A DNA stretch of 64,000 nucleotides from Macrostomum lignano (GCA_002269645.1 NIVC01001101.1:1-64000); one strand, 5' to 3'. Counted from the stretch's first letter, positions 11,265 to 26,819 are shown. The notes: generated by a model from the sequence alone, not told the origin. Numbers and translations: made by a program.

Positions 11265-11608
11265 GCCTGCGGGACGTTTGCCAGCCGACGTTTGCCAGCC
11301 GACGTTTGCCAGCCGACGTTTGCCAGCGGGACGTTTGCCAGCCGACATTTGCCTGCGGGACGTTTGCCAGCCGACGTTTGCCAGCCGACGTTTGCCAGCC
11401 GACATTTGCCTGCGGGACGTTTGCCAGCCGACGTTTGCCAGCCGACGTTTGCCAGCCGACATTTGCCTGCGGGACGTTTGCCAGCCGACATTTGCCTGCG
11501 GGACGTTTGCCAGCCAACGTTTGCCAGCCGATGTTTGCCAGCCGACGTTTGCCAGCCGACGTTTGCCAGCCGACGTTTGCCTGCGGGACGTTTGCCAGCC
11601 GACATTTG
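11265..11608. repeat. 14/15-bp minisatellite (GCCAGCCGACGTTT / GCCTGCGGGACGTTT)
   Basis: Tandem units interleaved with a 15-bp variant. Confidence 0.93.
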
Positions 11609-11621
11609 CCAGCCAACAGTA

Positions 11622-11985
11622 TTTTTTTTATTAGAGGCAGGGGGGTTGTGTGCACCCTGGCGCACTTTAAGCAACATAGGCACACAACCGGCGAGAGGCA
11701 TTACTGCCCATTCCGCCGACTCCCCTGAGCAGGCATACAAGCGCGCGGATACGTACGCAGGCACACACTCACACAGGAGTGTACAGCGGCCCTAACTTTA
11801 TATTATCGTTAGGCGTGTACACTTCACTGCGCCTTGGGGGGTTGGCTCTCAAGGCCGTTAATTGCACGAGCAGAGCCAAGCCGAGATTCCAATTCAGCCC
11901 CAAATTAATGTGACTGCACTTGGAATCGAGCCTGGGTCGCTGGCACACCAGAGCAGCTGCGCTACCGCTGGGCTACGGCCCCCCT
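11622..11985 (-). mobile_element. tRNA-derived SINE (364 bp)
   Basis: On the minus strand: A box TAGCCCAGCGG, B box GGCTCGATTCC (11922-11932) and 3' tail AATAAAAAAAA. 13-bp TSD CCAGCCAACAGTA at 11609-11621 and 11986-11998. Confidence 0.85.
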
Positions 11986-12327
11986 CCAGCCAACAGTAAG
12001 TCAGTGAGTGAAAATTTTGATACTGAAATATTCGCAGTTTGTCGGTTTTTTAGTCCAACTTTTTGACGGTTATTCGTTCGCATGTATAAAATTTCGAAAA
12101 CAAAATCTATACAAATTATGCAGTTCATTAATATAGCATCTAGTTTAACAACAATTTCTTTGAATGTGAAAATATTAAATTTACTTCTGACAGCTTTATT
12201 GTATTGCTTCTCCCAGTTTGAGATGTTTGATTTTTGACTTGCCAATGAAGACACGCAAATTTAAACGGGAATCTGCAGCGAGCCAAGTTTTGAGCAAATA
12301 TAAGAACTGCTAAACGATAGTTCTGGC

Positions 12328-14795
<2,468 letters not shown>

Positions 14796-15158
14796 CGGTG
14801 TAAGCGAGATCACCAAACTCCGTCGCGCGCTGCTGCTACACTTGCTGCTCTTGGCGCCGCTGCATTCTGCCGGTCTAACCGACTGCTGCAGTGCGACCCC
14901 CGAGTGACAGGTTTTTACCTTCTTGCACAAATGTGACCAAAAGACGCGGTAGCAGGATGTGGTGGATGCAGTTGCACGTGGGAAACTTCGCTGAGGTGAA
15001 CTGCGAGTCGATGTCGTAGACCAGCCACCAGGTGCATGTTTACTGCTCAAATACAGCTGAGGCACTAGAATCGGAGGCTACGAGTATAAATTCTGAGCTG
15101 AAACTCTGCTGCAGCTGCGTCTGTCGATTTTACCTTCTCAGTTTCTTCAGCATTGACA

Positions 15159-15920
15159 ATGAGCAATAATCTCCTAACAATGAGCATTAATCTCCCTACG
15201 AAGTTCTTGGCTCTAGACCTCACGCTCGGCAGTGACAACGAGCAGCTGTATTTTCTTATCAACGGATATCTTTGCATCAACGGCGAGTTTGTTGAGACCT
15301 ACTCAAGCGAACTCAACAAAGTCGGGTGCGCCGCTCTGTGCACCCAAAACCAGCGCTGTCAGGCGTTCAGCATGGCTGACGGTCCGTGCCAGCTGTTCGT
15401 GTTCGACAAGTGCAGCAAGTCGGTGAGGAGCTGCGGCTGCTCCAGGAGAGGCCGGGTGTTCGTCAAGCAGCGGCCGGGACTCGAGGCGGGCGCGCTGTGT
15501 CCGTCTGGCTACGGCATGGACCTGTGCAGAGTGAAGTACATGCTGTACTCTGACATCGGGACGTGGCGGTCGGGCAGGCAGAAGTGCGAGTCAGAGAGAG
15601 GTCTGGTCATCATGGCCGACGTGACCAGCGAGCAGGAGATGAGCCATGTGGACTCGATCTACTCGAACTACAGCTCTGAACAATCGGTCTGGCTCGGGGG
15701 CCTTCAGCCAGAAGGCAGTGCTGAGCCGGCTGTCGGCTGGTACTGGGTCGGCTGCAATGACACCGTGGACGCTGCTCTGTGGGACAACAATGAGCCCAAC
15801 AATTATGGAGGTGTCGAAAATGTTATATTCAGATTCCATGGTGTAGCTGGTCTGTCCGACTGTGCTGAGACATGCACTGTGTCTACCGTTCTGTGCGAGT
15901 GCGTCTCCCCCTTCATCTGA
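15159..15920 (+). CDS. Intronless PAN/Apple + C-type lectin protein, copy 1
   Basis: PAN-type GCAALCTQNQRCQAFSMADGPCQL; CTLD with W...RQKC, VWLGG, WYW, EPNN and terminal CEC. First ATG at 15159. Confidence 0.85.
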   Translation: MSNNLLTMSINLPTKFLALDLTLGSDNEQLYFLINGYLCINGEFVETYSSELNKVGCAALCTQNQRCQAFSMADGPCQLFVFDKCSKSVRSCGCSRRGRVFVKQRPGLEAGALCPSGYGMDLCRVKYMLYSDIGTWRSGRQKCESERGLVIMADVTSEQEMSHVDSIYSNYSSEQSVWLGGLQPEGSAEPAVGWYWVGCNDTVDAALWDNNEPNNYGGVENVIFRFHGVAGLSDCAETCTVSTVLCECVSPFI

Positions 15921-16393
15921 TGTTTGCGGGCGCGGCGCTGTCAGAACTAAATGAGAAGTCAACTGCAGAAATCGACCTTTGGAATAACGCAGATGTTAAA
16001 ACTAATGTGTCGAACATGTGATTAACACTGACTGTTAAAGCTGAACAACGATTTGGATGATAATACAGAAATATACAGGAATTCCGGCGATTGGAATTAT
16101 TCGCTGTGTTAGGATGCAGATGGTGTTACGGTTGAAGAACACGAAGGCACTTGGGTTTATGAATTGAAGGAGGGCGTTATTTGAGCAGCTCCAAATTGGC
16201 ATGAGCACGAAGCTCGCTCTTATATTTCTTTTCCCTTAAGGGCATTGAAGTTTCTAGCAAATAAGGTGTACGGTAACATTTTGCCCTGATGGCACATAGA
16301 CTACTTTTAGAAGAAAATAAATCTATGAATAATACAGCATGGCATGCAGCGTATGCTACAGATGGCAAGCCTTTATGATGCATTGCAGTTTCT

Positions 16394-17510
16394 TGTTGGT
16401 TTGTGATAGTTCACGAAGGAAACCGGTTTTATTGTACAGCCTGTAGCTACGAATTGGAGTGCTCCAGTTAAGCAGCTCTCTCTACTCATGCTTGGTGTAT
16501 TTGAGCGTTGCGGCTCTGCTCACTTTAATGAAAAGAGTACTGCTTAACAGCTTCGGCCATAGAGTATGCACCGTGGTAATAACTAACATAAGAGATTTTC
16601 TATAAACTATCTAAGCATCTAACACTCCTCCCCATTAGTCTTTGGACCGGTCACACAGTTCAAAATTCAGTTCAAGTACCATCCGGTCTTCCAAGAGTAG
16701 AGTAAGGTCGGGCGCCTTTCGGTTGCGCTGACTGCGGTTGTTCCTCTCGGTCTGTTTTGGCTCCGTTGCATTTCTCTCCGTAGTATCAGCTGTATCTTCA
16801 TGTGCGTCCATTAGAGTATCTCCTGTTACAGGTAGAATCCTCGGCTTGGTATGCTCCAGATGGTATCGGCCGTGTTTTCCGTCGTCCAATTGTACTCCCA
16901 CGATTTTCTTACCTTCTCTAGCAACGATTGCACCGGGCTTCCATTTCTCGGTTTCGTTCCTGTAGGTCTTTACCCACACCGGTTCTTTAGACAAGGTCAA
17001 CGTTGCCTTCCAAAGTAGATGTCTTCGCATTAACTCTGCAGGTGCCCTTCCTGTCGTGGAGTGACGGGAGTTCCTGCACTGTAGAAGGAAGCGGTCGACA
17101 CTGGTTTGTAGATCGTCTTATCGTCTTCGCCGCCTGATGCCGCCACGTGGTTCTTCAGGTCTCTGACAAACCTTTCCGCAAGGCCGTTTGATCGTTGGTG
17201 GTACGGAGGCGTGAGCACGTGTTTGCATCCGATTCCTTTGAGCCAGCTTTCCATCTCCAGTGAAGTGAATTGTGGACCATTGTCAGTAACCAATGTATAA
17301 TATTTCCCACTTATTTTGCTGTCTAGCGGGAAAAGGCTCGAGGTCTCGTTTATTGACCGAGGCGAAGCCGAGGTCAATGTTGCGGGAACACCTTGCGCGA
17401 ACGTTCTTCGGAAACGTCGGATAGTCACTGCCGATGTGGTTGACTGCGTAACATGTACTTCTGCCCATTTGCTGTAGGCATCGACTATTACGAGCAGGTA
17501 CTTGTAAACG
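16394..17510 (-). mobile_element. Gypsy remnant: integrase, PPT and 3' LTR (16394-16624)
   Basis: YLLVIVDAYSKWAEV, LVTDNGPQF, PPYHQRSNGLAERFV. PPT GGGGAGGAG directly precedes an LTR with TGTTAG...CCAACA termini. Similarity to the lectin 3' flank stops at 16393. Confidence 0.85.
17297..17374. mobile_element. 78-bp hairpin-bearing insertion in the integrase
   Basis: Direct repeat CAATGT at 17291-17296 and 17375-17380. Terminal palindrome ATTGACCGAGGCGAAGCCGAGGTCAAT. Confidence 0.65.
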
Positions 17511-20356
17511 GTCCAGCGTAGTCTACACCACTGAGAAGCAGGTGTTCATCCACTCAGACTACACAAGCTTCTCTTCAGGTGATCATTCCGAATCCTTGCT
17601 TGCCGCGTTTCGGTTTCGCATGCATGTTTTTGCTAGTCACTTTGAAACTTAAAAAAGTATTGATAGTTAGTTCCGATCGTATTACAACTTTAACGAGTTT
17701 AATGCTTTAAAATTTGGAGCTGGTGTGAAAGCAAAACCCTTATCATTCGATCCTACATTACAATTTCGGTAACAAAAGTTAACATGCTCGCACTACTCAA
17801 AGCGCGATTTGTCAGTAGTTTAACATGTAGACAGTTGTATGAACGCGTAAAACTTTATAAAATTATGGGCCCCTTGAGATAATTTTAATAAATATCAGAC
17901 GGTAATTTAAACTGCTACCTGACGATACCTTCAATAACTACCTCACGATACCTCCATTGTCTACCTCACGATACCTTCAATGACTACAATACCTTTAAAG
18001 ACGAACAATCAGTACCTTTGACGACTACCACCTTGAGTTATACGTGTGGAAAAGAAACCTGCAGAGAATAATGACACTATATGACAGCTGTCGTTTTTCA
18101 TGAAAATAAATACACAGCTTATTCATATTTCGAAAATAAATAGTCTGACAAAGTTTCGCGATTTGACCACGCTCTAAATAAAGGATTATCGCTGGGCTGG
18201 TTGGGGTGGGGCCAATAATCCAGCCTGCAGATAAGCAATAAGGGCTGATCCAAAGTAATTAATGCACATTCTTACCTGTGATCGCCTCCATTTGTACTGA
18301 TCCGCCGTATTCTTTATTAATATTCCTGTTTTACAATCCTGCATTTACACCCCCGCCATTTTTACATCTTGGTTTTATTGCGGCTTTTACCTGGCTTTTG
18401 CCTCATCTTACTCCAAAAACAAGCTCCTGAATATCTCAAAATGCTTTCATTAACGGTTTTTAACGTTATGTAATTACCTAATTCCAAAAAAAAATTATTT
18501 ACGGTTTTTACTCTTTTGACCTGCTTTTATCTCTTCACTAAATTATCCTACTCAAAGTAGCCCCTTTTACATGCGTCCAATATTTTATCCTTCAAAATTA
18601 AATAGCGCCAAGATGCTTTTTTAGTCCTTTTTTACCTATTCAATATTGCACTACCCCCTGTATATATTTGGTCTAGAGCTTTGTGAGGACCCTACTTTAT
18701 TAGATTACCCCTTAATTACCTAGTGCATTGTTACATCTAATTGTTAATAAAAACATTAAAATTCGTAAATTTTACTTTCGTGTAACAAAATATGATAGCA
18801 TTATAATTAATAATATATTGGCAGAGCCCCTCCAGGGCAGAAACGTGGGTAAAAATTGTACACACTGGTTTAACAACAACAAATAAGGGAAGATTGCAGA
18901 CCGCATTTTTACGTTTTGTGTTTTTAATTAAGACACTGCAAAATGGCATATACTGATAGGACTACTGAAAATTGATGCGGGTCACGAGGCCACTACAAAT
19001 CGATATGGGTGACAAGGCTAGTGCAAAACGATATGAGTGAGGGCTACTGCAAATCAATATGGGGGACAAGGCTAGTGCAAAACGATATGAGTGAGGGCTA
19101 CTGCAAATCGATATGGGTGACAAGGCTACCACAAGTTGATATTGGTGGGGGCTACTGAAAATTTATATTTTAAAAAATATTGGATAAAACTTAGAACACG
19201 TTTAAAAAGTTTCCAGCCCCATGTCGTACAGTTGGATTCGCGAGAAAAGGCTTAGTTCTCGCGAAATGTGACTCGTGTGTGACTCATTCGTCATTGGCTG
19301 ATCGATTAACTGGCGGAGACAAAGTTTAAGCGTTGTTTGAAGTGTGTTGTTTGAAGAGTTTGTCGCTTATTGGGAATATTAGGCGGTCCACCTTGACATT
19401 TCTCTCCCTGTAGTTCAATGGCAACCTCTTTCTTGTTAAAATATTTTCTCCATCAAAAAAGCGCTGTTTGATATGACCACGAGCTAATAGGGAAACTAAT
19501 GGCAATTTCATGAAGCTTGCAAATGGATACTGGACGTCACCTAAATAGGCACTAAATAGAATCTAAATAGGCACACGACGTGTACAACGCACCTAACAAC
19601 CCACCAGAGAGCGAACACCCAACAAGCCCCCCTTGCACTAAAGGCGCTTATCCCTTGCGGGTTTGCGAGAAATGGTTTGCAAGAACAAAATGTGTATTCC
19701 GGCAAGAAGTTTTACTACCCCGTCCTTATTTCCGGTTTGAGGCAAAGCAAGCCGTGATGCCCGCCTTGATCTCCGTTTTCCTCTTTCACCAGTGCTAAGA
19801 TTTATTTATTTGTCCGAAAATTCTGTGCTCCATGGTTTCGAATTTGGGACTTCAAAGTTATTAACGAGCACAACGCGACGTTATTAAGGGTATATTGTTT
19901 ACTATAGATATTTGACCGCACATTATTGTCCTCCTTATTGTCATTTTACTCCTCACTTATTTCGTAAGTCACATTTTAGAATGTAATAAACTTACAGTTA
20001 TTGCAATGAATTGTAATAAAAAACTTAATTTTTTCACCTCGCTGGAATTTGGGGATTTTGTAAGTTTCTATGGGTGTTATCCTACTGAATGAAGCTCAGT
20101 ACTCTTGACAAGTTAAAAAATCTCTAAAATCCAAATGCTAATTGAAAATTATATGACGATTATCAAAGTAGGCAACTTGATTAGGCAATAATTTTCACTG
20201 CTTTAAAACAATACTGCACTCGCAATTTTATACTTTGTAAATCTAGCATATCGTACGACGGCCCTGGATTTCGCACACCATGAACCAGCCTCAACTGTCC
20301 CATTCCTCAGAGAATTTCCTCACGAACCTTATTGTAATACTGGCCGCTCTGACCGA

Positions 20357-22237
20357 TTACCGCAAAAAAAAGTTTTTGGCTGAATGTGGAAATTGTGTGG
20401 TAGTACCGGCTTTTGCTTTCTTTATCGGTGCGGACATTGCTGCTGATATCCCTTGCCGCTTTTCGTAGCCTCTGAAGCACTGGCCGCCAGAAGCAGAATA
20501 TGTCACTTTACCATGCGGCGTCGCTCCTCGTCCTGGTGGTCTAGTGCTTTGGGCACCGTCACTGCTGCCATCATCATCTTCATCATCATCATCATCATCT
20601 TCTTCTTCTTCTTCATCTTCAACTTCGTCTCTGTTCACACAGTCAATAAGCCAGGTTGTCACAATGACTCGTCCATTCTCCAACTTTGCCACTTTGTACT
20701 GAGCGCCTGCATCAGAGGACAGGATGTACTGTGGTATCTTTGATGTCAGCTGCAGTTTCAGTGAAGCTGCGCAAGGTGCCAGCTGAACTTCTGCTGGAAC
20801 AGAGTTTTCCCCAGCCACAGCATAGGCCTGCTTTTCTATGTCTCTGCACAAACCTGCCATCTGCCAGGGACTCTGACGGAGCGACCTCGAGTTGATAAGC
20901 ATTTTAGTAATGATGCAGACAGTGAAAAAATAGCGCTTATCCGACAAGAACAGCATCTGATCTCTGACTGACATTTTCGTATCTTCATGAATAAGCTCAA
21001 AATCACTGGGCATGGGAATGACCAGTTGAATATTACTAGAGTCTTTATCGACTCCCAGAATGTCCAGATTGCCGTCTTGTTCTTCCGTTAGGGCAAACAG
21101 TTTGCTGCAGTTTCCAGCAATGCACCACAGCTGCTTGGCGCCTTCATGCAACTCGGTGATGCAGATTCTTGACTTGAGAGCTCCGCTGAGGTCGGTCACT
21201 GTCACCGCTGTATCCTGAGCGATGAACAGCAGCTGTCGCTCATTGTCGCAGTGGAGATCTCGGATCGGCTGATCGGCCTCCCAGCTGCACATCAAGCGTC
21301 CAACTTGTTTTGCATCATCGGAGAGCAGCAAAATTTTAAACGTCATGTCTTTCCGGCTTGAACCGCTTTCGTGCAATTTCCTAGATTTCCGTGGTAATTC
21401 CTGCCAAGGTAGTAGGAGTTGCTTTTCTTGATGAGCTTCCGGTTGAACAGCTACAAATATACTCGGCTGTGGCAGACAGTCATTGCAATCCCCATTAGCC
21501 TTCTCAATCACACCTGACTCGTCAATGACAAAACCTGTGGTGTTGCTGCACACTGTGAGACATACTGGCGTCGTCAGCATCTCTGACTCGCTTATGCTCT
21601 CTTCTGCTCGAAGTGCAATTTCTTCATCAATCTGCCTAGAATCGGCAGCATCATCAAACTGCTCTACGATTTTTTTGAGTAAAACCAACTCAGCACTCAT
21701 TGCGGTCTCAAGCTCTCTGATTCTCGAGTTCAAATCCGGGTAAGCTGCGATTTCGACTGTCTGGCTTTCCTCATCCAATCTCACCAGATTCGAGTCCAGC
21801 TGCAATGTCTTCAGCGATCTCTCCATGCTCCTGTTGATGAGGAAGGCCTGCCTCGCGTTTTTGTCATCCTTGGCTCTCTTTAGCTCCTTCTCAAAGTCGT
21901 CCAGCTCTGAGACACTTGACAGATGGTCCATCAGTTGGTCATGCTGTTTGGTAACGACGGCAACGAGCTCACTTTGACACCTGTCCAATGTCTCTCTCAG
22001 GTCGGTAAAGGTGTCGTCGAGCAGCTGTAGGTCGGATGTGAGTCTCTGCTGCATCAGTCTCATGGGCTCCTGGTACTTCTTGAAGAGCTGCACTTTCTGG
22101 GCTACTCTGGCTTCAGCCTCATCTACTTCGATTAAGTCTTGCTGCATGTGCAGGTCGCAGAGAGGCTGGCAGGTCACAGGTGACTCGCCAACAGCCGGAC
22201 TGTGGCAGAAGCGCACTGAACAGCTTTCTGTCTTCAT
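20357..22237 (-). CDS. RING-less TRIM-like protein, paralog B (uninterrupted)
   Basis: 626-aa ORF colinear with paralogs A and C. It has a short E/D tract and a native C-terminus with no TE. Confidence 0.82.
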   Translation of the reverse strand: MKTESCSVRFCHSPAVGESPVTCQPLCDLHMQQDLIEVDEAEARVAQKVQLFKKYQEPMRLMQQRLTSDLQLLDDTFTDLRETLDRCQSELVAVVTKQHDQLMDHLSSVSELDDFEKELKRAKDDKNARQAFLINRSMERSLKTLQLDSNLVRLDEESQTVEIAAYPDLNSRIRELETAMSAELVLLKKIVEQFDDAADSRQIDEEIALRAEESISESEMLTTPVCLTVCSNTTGFVIDESGVIEKANGDCNDCLPQPSIFVAVQPEAHQEKQLLLPWQELPRKSRKLHESGSSRKDMTFKILLLSDDAKQVGRLMCSWEADQPIRDLHCDNERQLLFIAQDTAVTVTDLSGALKSRICITELHEGAKQLWCIAGNCSKLFALTEEQDGNLDILGVDKDSSNIQLVIPMPSDFELIHEDTKMSVRDQMLFLSDKRYFFTVCIITKMLINSRSLRQSPWQMAGLCRDIEKQAYAVAGENSVPAEVQLAPCAASLKLQLTSKIPQYILSSDAGAQYKVAKLENGRVIVTTWLIDCVNRDEVEDEEEEEDDDDDDEDDDGSSDGAQSTRPPGRGATPHGKVTYSASGGQCFRGYEKRQGISAAMSAPIKKAKAGTTTQFPHSAKNFFLR

Positions 22238-23469
22238 GATTGCCTGCCTACGAAGTTAGGCTTACTACTGCAAACTGTATTTGTGTTTTGGCATTTGTAA
22301 CCTGGGCTGGTCGCAGCAGAAATTTTACGCACTCCTAATTTTGTGACATTTCGAATTTAAGAATTTAGCATATTATTTAGTATATTGTGATATGCAACCC
22401 AATTTTATTGCGCAAACCGCCTTTCACTGTACAGTTTGATTAAAAGATTAGAAAAGGTTAGAAAAGATCAAGTTTATTTTCTTGTAAAATAAACAATCGA
22501 GAAAACGAATAAGAGAGGGAATTGGAGGCTAGTACATATACTAGTGTAGTTTAGACATTTCGCTTCAACTGTTTGTTAGCGATGCAACTTTCTCTCTTTC
22601 GTTATAAATTTATGACGGTTTAAGGGTGGAAATGTGTATGAAAAAATTAGGATGTTGTCGCGACTTTTTTAATTATAGTTAGTTCATCTGAACTGGTCAC
22701 TGTTTTCTTTGCCTCTGTCTAGATCAATCTTGCATGCACGGATAGTTTGAAAAATTGAGCAGGAATTTTTTTAAAAAATTGAAAAATTGGGTACATTTTG
22801 ATGCTCCTATTTTTTTTTTAATTTAGATGCATAGCTTTTGCAATAGTAGCACTAGCAAGCAACATGGTTCAGGTCATTTTACAGCAAATATTTAGTTATG
22901 ATGAGGACATTTATTTATGAGGACACACCATTTTTCAATCTTAAAACCGTACATTTTGCTTCGATGCGCTTTCCCCCCCTACTGTCAGTAGGCTAGCTTA
23001 AGATTTTCTCTCCATTCTCTCATCTAGGCTAAGTTCTATACTAATTTATGGCATAACTTATGTTAGATACTCAATGTACTTCTCTTAGGATTCTAATTTT
23101 GGATTTTTTACGCATCTTTGAAGATCAGACTATCTGGGTCTGAGACGGGTTGACCTCTAACTGTCTAGACAGGCGACACTAAGTCGGGAGGAATGTCTTC
23201 AACCCCATTCTGACCCCAGATTTGTGGCTTTTTCAATGTTTTCAGTGATTTATGGCGGTCTAGCTGTCACTTTTGGCTCCAGCCTGTCTGGCTCAAAGAG
23301 GTCTTTCCAGCTTTCTCCCCACTCGCTCTGTTACTTTCTCCTTTGATCTATGGGCGTTTTGCTGTCACTTTTGGCGCCAGGATGTCTAGACAAGTGACTT
23401 TTATTGTGTTTTGCACATGATTTATGACCGCACTTGTCAACTTCCCTGGGGTCTAAAGGCCACCTGGTG

Positions 23470-23800
23470 GGGTGGGTTTTGGGGTCTTGAGCTCAGCCAA
23501 TCAGAGTCGAGCTGTCTGCCCCCGGCTCAGCCAATCGGAAAATTCGGCGTGCGTCATATCAAATCGGCCGCGTGAGAGCTATAAAAGGCGGAAACTCGAC
23601 TCGCGCTCGAAAAGGTCTTTCTTGGCCTGTGATCCTTTCTTCCTGCCCACCTTGGGACCGGCCCGCCTGCCGACCTGATCCCCTTCCCCCCCGGCAGTTT
23701 CGGCGTCTACCGCTAAGTTCCCCCCGAGAAGCATCGTCCGTACTTCCCGGTCGCGAACCAAGAGCAGCAACACCCACCGGCAAGTGAAGAGTAGCGGCGG
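23470..23800 (+). promoter_or_regulatory. LTR-like promoter block related to the solo LTR at 37.5-39.8 kb
   Basis: CCAAT at 23497 and 23531, TATAAAA at 23580-23586, and CTGCCCACCTT at 23643. The same AGCCAATCAGAG / CTATAAAAGG / CTGCCCACCTT order occurs at 38430-38536. Element boundaries not resolved. Confidence 0.45.
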
Positions 23801-24179
23801 CACTCGTCAGTTAAGATCGGCAGCAGCATCCCGTCTGAGCGCTTCGGTCTCTGTGGATTCCTTGGCTACCGGCAGATAGGTCCTCTGATTGGTCGAAAGG
23901 CTTTCTTGACCTGCTTAACTGGGTGCACTCCTTGTCTGACCCCTTCCTAGGCAGTCTCATAGGATTTGCACTTTTCCTTCGTGTTTTTGTGTGCCAAAAC
24001 TTGAGGCAGAAGTTTCACATAATGATGTGTTCCTTATTACCCGACTTTCGATAATCAAGGAACAATCACTTCTAGCTTCTTGCTAGGCAACCCAGTAATC
24101 AAATGAAGGTATTCAATTACCTTGACTTCTTATGAGATTCTCTTCTTCTTCGAGTCCTTCGTAGATCTCGTGTAGATCT

Positions 24180-25020
24180 CGATCTGTAGCTCAGGCCTGA
24201 ATTCGACTCGACTTGTAGTCCTGGTCCGAGTTTCCTTTTCTTCTTTTGCCATCCGGTATCTGTCGTTCGGACCAATAGGAAGCTTCCAAATTAACAATGG
24301 GTACCCTGCGCCAAACTGCGGTATAAAATAAGCCTACTCCTTCTAGCAGTGCCTCTCTGCACTCTAGGTATAGCTCTGGAAACACTGATTCCGTCAGACC
24401 TATCAGGGGCAGTCCTTCTGGAGACTGCAACCAGTGGAGTCTAAACAGACTCAAGAGTCTCAACAGACTCAAATAAACTCAAGTCTCAACTAGACTTGAG
24501 CGAGACGTCTCAACCAACGGGCGCAAATGAGTAAGGCTTACCGCGAGAACTCAGCCGAGGCTCGTCGACTTGGTTCCAGGAAGTTCGACTATGGCTTCCT
24601 CTTCGGAGCTTCTGTCTCTCTGAGATTCTTGGCTCCGGGTCCGTTCCGGACCACTTGTATTTATAGGCGTTCGGGCCTCTCTCGAGGTCGTACATCATTG
24701 TCTGCGTAAATGTCAAGGGGTCACGATTCGGTGGCTGTCAAGCATGACAGGGCAGAAAGTTATGCAACTAGTCTACTGTAAAACACACATGATTGGTTAC
24801 CGTATCTGGTGTTTTTCTGTCGCGTTTGATTGGTTCGCTCGGTGCAGATTGAGTGCAAGCCAGATGACGAATCGTAGGTGGGGTTTGAACTGACAAACGT
24901 AGGTTGCACGTGGCCAATGATGAATCGCAAATGGATTTAACTTGACAATTGTGGGTCGCGAGTGATTGGTTGGTTACTAAAAATAACATAACCAACTTTT
25001 CGCATTTCTGATTGGTTGAT
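24180..25020 (-). promoter_or_regulatory. Second LTR-like promoter block, opposite strand
   Basis: Four GATTGG (CCAAT on the minus strand) between about 24790 and 25015, upstream of TATAAATA (plus-strand 24658-24665). No coding region follows. Confidence 0.35.
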
Positions 25021-26819
25021 ACAAATGTAGCCATGGTTCAATACTTATTTTTGTACGTGCCTTAGCTATACTACTGTATAAGTACAATAGAATGTTAACA
25101 CTGTTTATAGATTTTTAAAGGAGATGAAATCCTCTACAATACGCTCGTAATACTAAAAGTAGCTAATTGCTCCGACTCAATCTAAGGCGTATAGGATTGC
25201 GGATTAAGTGAGAAAGAAACTGAAAGTTAAAGACTTAGCGTTTTCTTTCTTTTTCGCAATGCCAGCTGAGATGAGTGGCTAAATCTAGGGGCAGAGGTCA
25301 CAGTGGACCGGAAGCGGCACAGTTCCCAGTCAATTTGTCGATCTAAGAAATCGTGATAAGCATTCAAATTAAGCGCCAGACTGGTGCTTTCGCGCGGTCT
25401 CAGGCAGCTAAGCGGCTGAAACAAGATAAATATTAGTTTAAAGGTCTCCAAAAGTAACAATGCATCTACATCATCGCTATCTGTCGACGTGTTAACACAT
25501 TTAGAGCCAAAAGCGTGCAGTTACGTGTACTTGTACATGTACTTCTGGGAATTTGGTAATGAAATAGTACTTTTAGTAGTGTATAAAGGCTTGCCAGCGC
25601 AAGAACCCCCTGCAGAAGTCCTCTCTGTCCCTGCATGGCCAATGCGATCTTAGTCCCAGCAGCGTCCCTTCTATTCGGCTATGACTTCGAGATTTAGACA
25701 GCTAAAAGACACTAGATGGCAGGTATGTGCAGTGCCCCTCTAGTCGGAAGTCCGATTTCGATAGCTCCGGTTTGGTGAGCCGGGGCGCACGGACTGGTGG
25801 CAGCGGTCCGCAGATTAGCTAATCTCTACCTTTCAAATTCTTCCTGCTTGTCTCTCGATGTCTTCTCTTAGCTATAGGACGTTGCTGCTTGCCCACAATC
25901 AAGCTACCATGAGGCTGACCATCTGACAGGAGTGAGAAGCCGGAGCTTTAAGTGATTCATTTCTGAGTTCTGAGGCCCGAAGCTACAGGCTTAAAAAGGC
26001 CGAACCCATCAGTTTTACATATAACATAAAATAGAAAGTTTTCGAGTATTTTAATCGCTAAATTGTAAAATAAAAATATTAATAAAAATAGTTGCATTTG
26101 CTGTAGGCTCCGGTTTTATCAGGAGCAGTCTGGAAATCATCTAGTAGTTATAGTAGTAGTAAATAATATACCCTTTTGGGCCCTCTGCCATAGCTTTGTC
26201 GCTTTCATTTTCAACTCAAACTTTATTATAATGGTTTCACTTACTATACCTTTACACAAAGCTTAACGCTTGTTTTTTAAGTGGTATGAGCCGTCAACTA
26301 TCTAATCTCTGTGCTAAGCGACCTCAATACTTTGAGTTGTTTAGTTAGATTGACTTGAAGGATTTTTATATTATGTCTAAAAATATGATTACTGTCGAAA
26401 CTGCTGATTTTTATTTTACGAGTACATTAGTTATCGGCGTAACTTCAGAATTTGTAATTACAAATTAAGTATTTTGGCGAGATGTTAGCCCAGCTCTGGA
26501 TGCTGAATAGTAACCGACAATCATCTGAGACTTGTGATTCTCATAACCATAACAGTAACGTTTTTAAAAAAGTCGCATGGGATTTAACTTTAGCTTTTTA
26601 ATGGTTTCTATGTTGCCCAATTTCCGTGACTCTACAGAAATTGAGGAACACTGCTAATTCAAATGCAAAAATTCAGCCATTGATTTTTCGGAAATATTGA
26701 ACGTAATCTTGAAGTTTGAATGTTTTATGCAATAGGCCTCTAATTGCAACCAAGGCACATAACTTACTATGGTAGACTGTAAGCGCAGGATTAGTGAGAC
26801 TATAGCGACACGGTAATCA

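Noticed and set aside
9992-11795. Long repetitive ORFs (NAHRQEI)n, (LMLIVKR)n and the overlapping ORFs across the 14-bp array as real proteins
   Set aside because: These are stop-free frames produced by tandem repeats. Only the minus-strand frame that matches the lectin has independent support.
11910-11985. Functional tRNA gene
   Set aside because: Acceptor and anticodon stems pair poorly, and the segment is the head of a TSD-flanked, A-tailed SINE.
14796-15065. N-terminal extension of LINE ORF 13755..15065
   Set aside because: LINE homology starts near AKGDY. The upstream part is flanking sequence, partly homologous to the region upstream of lectin copy 2.
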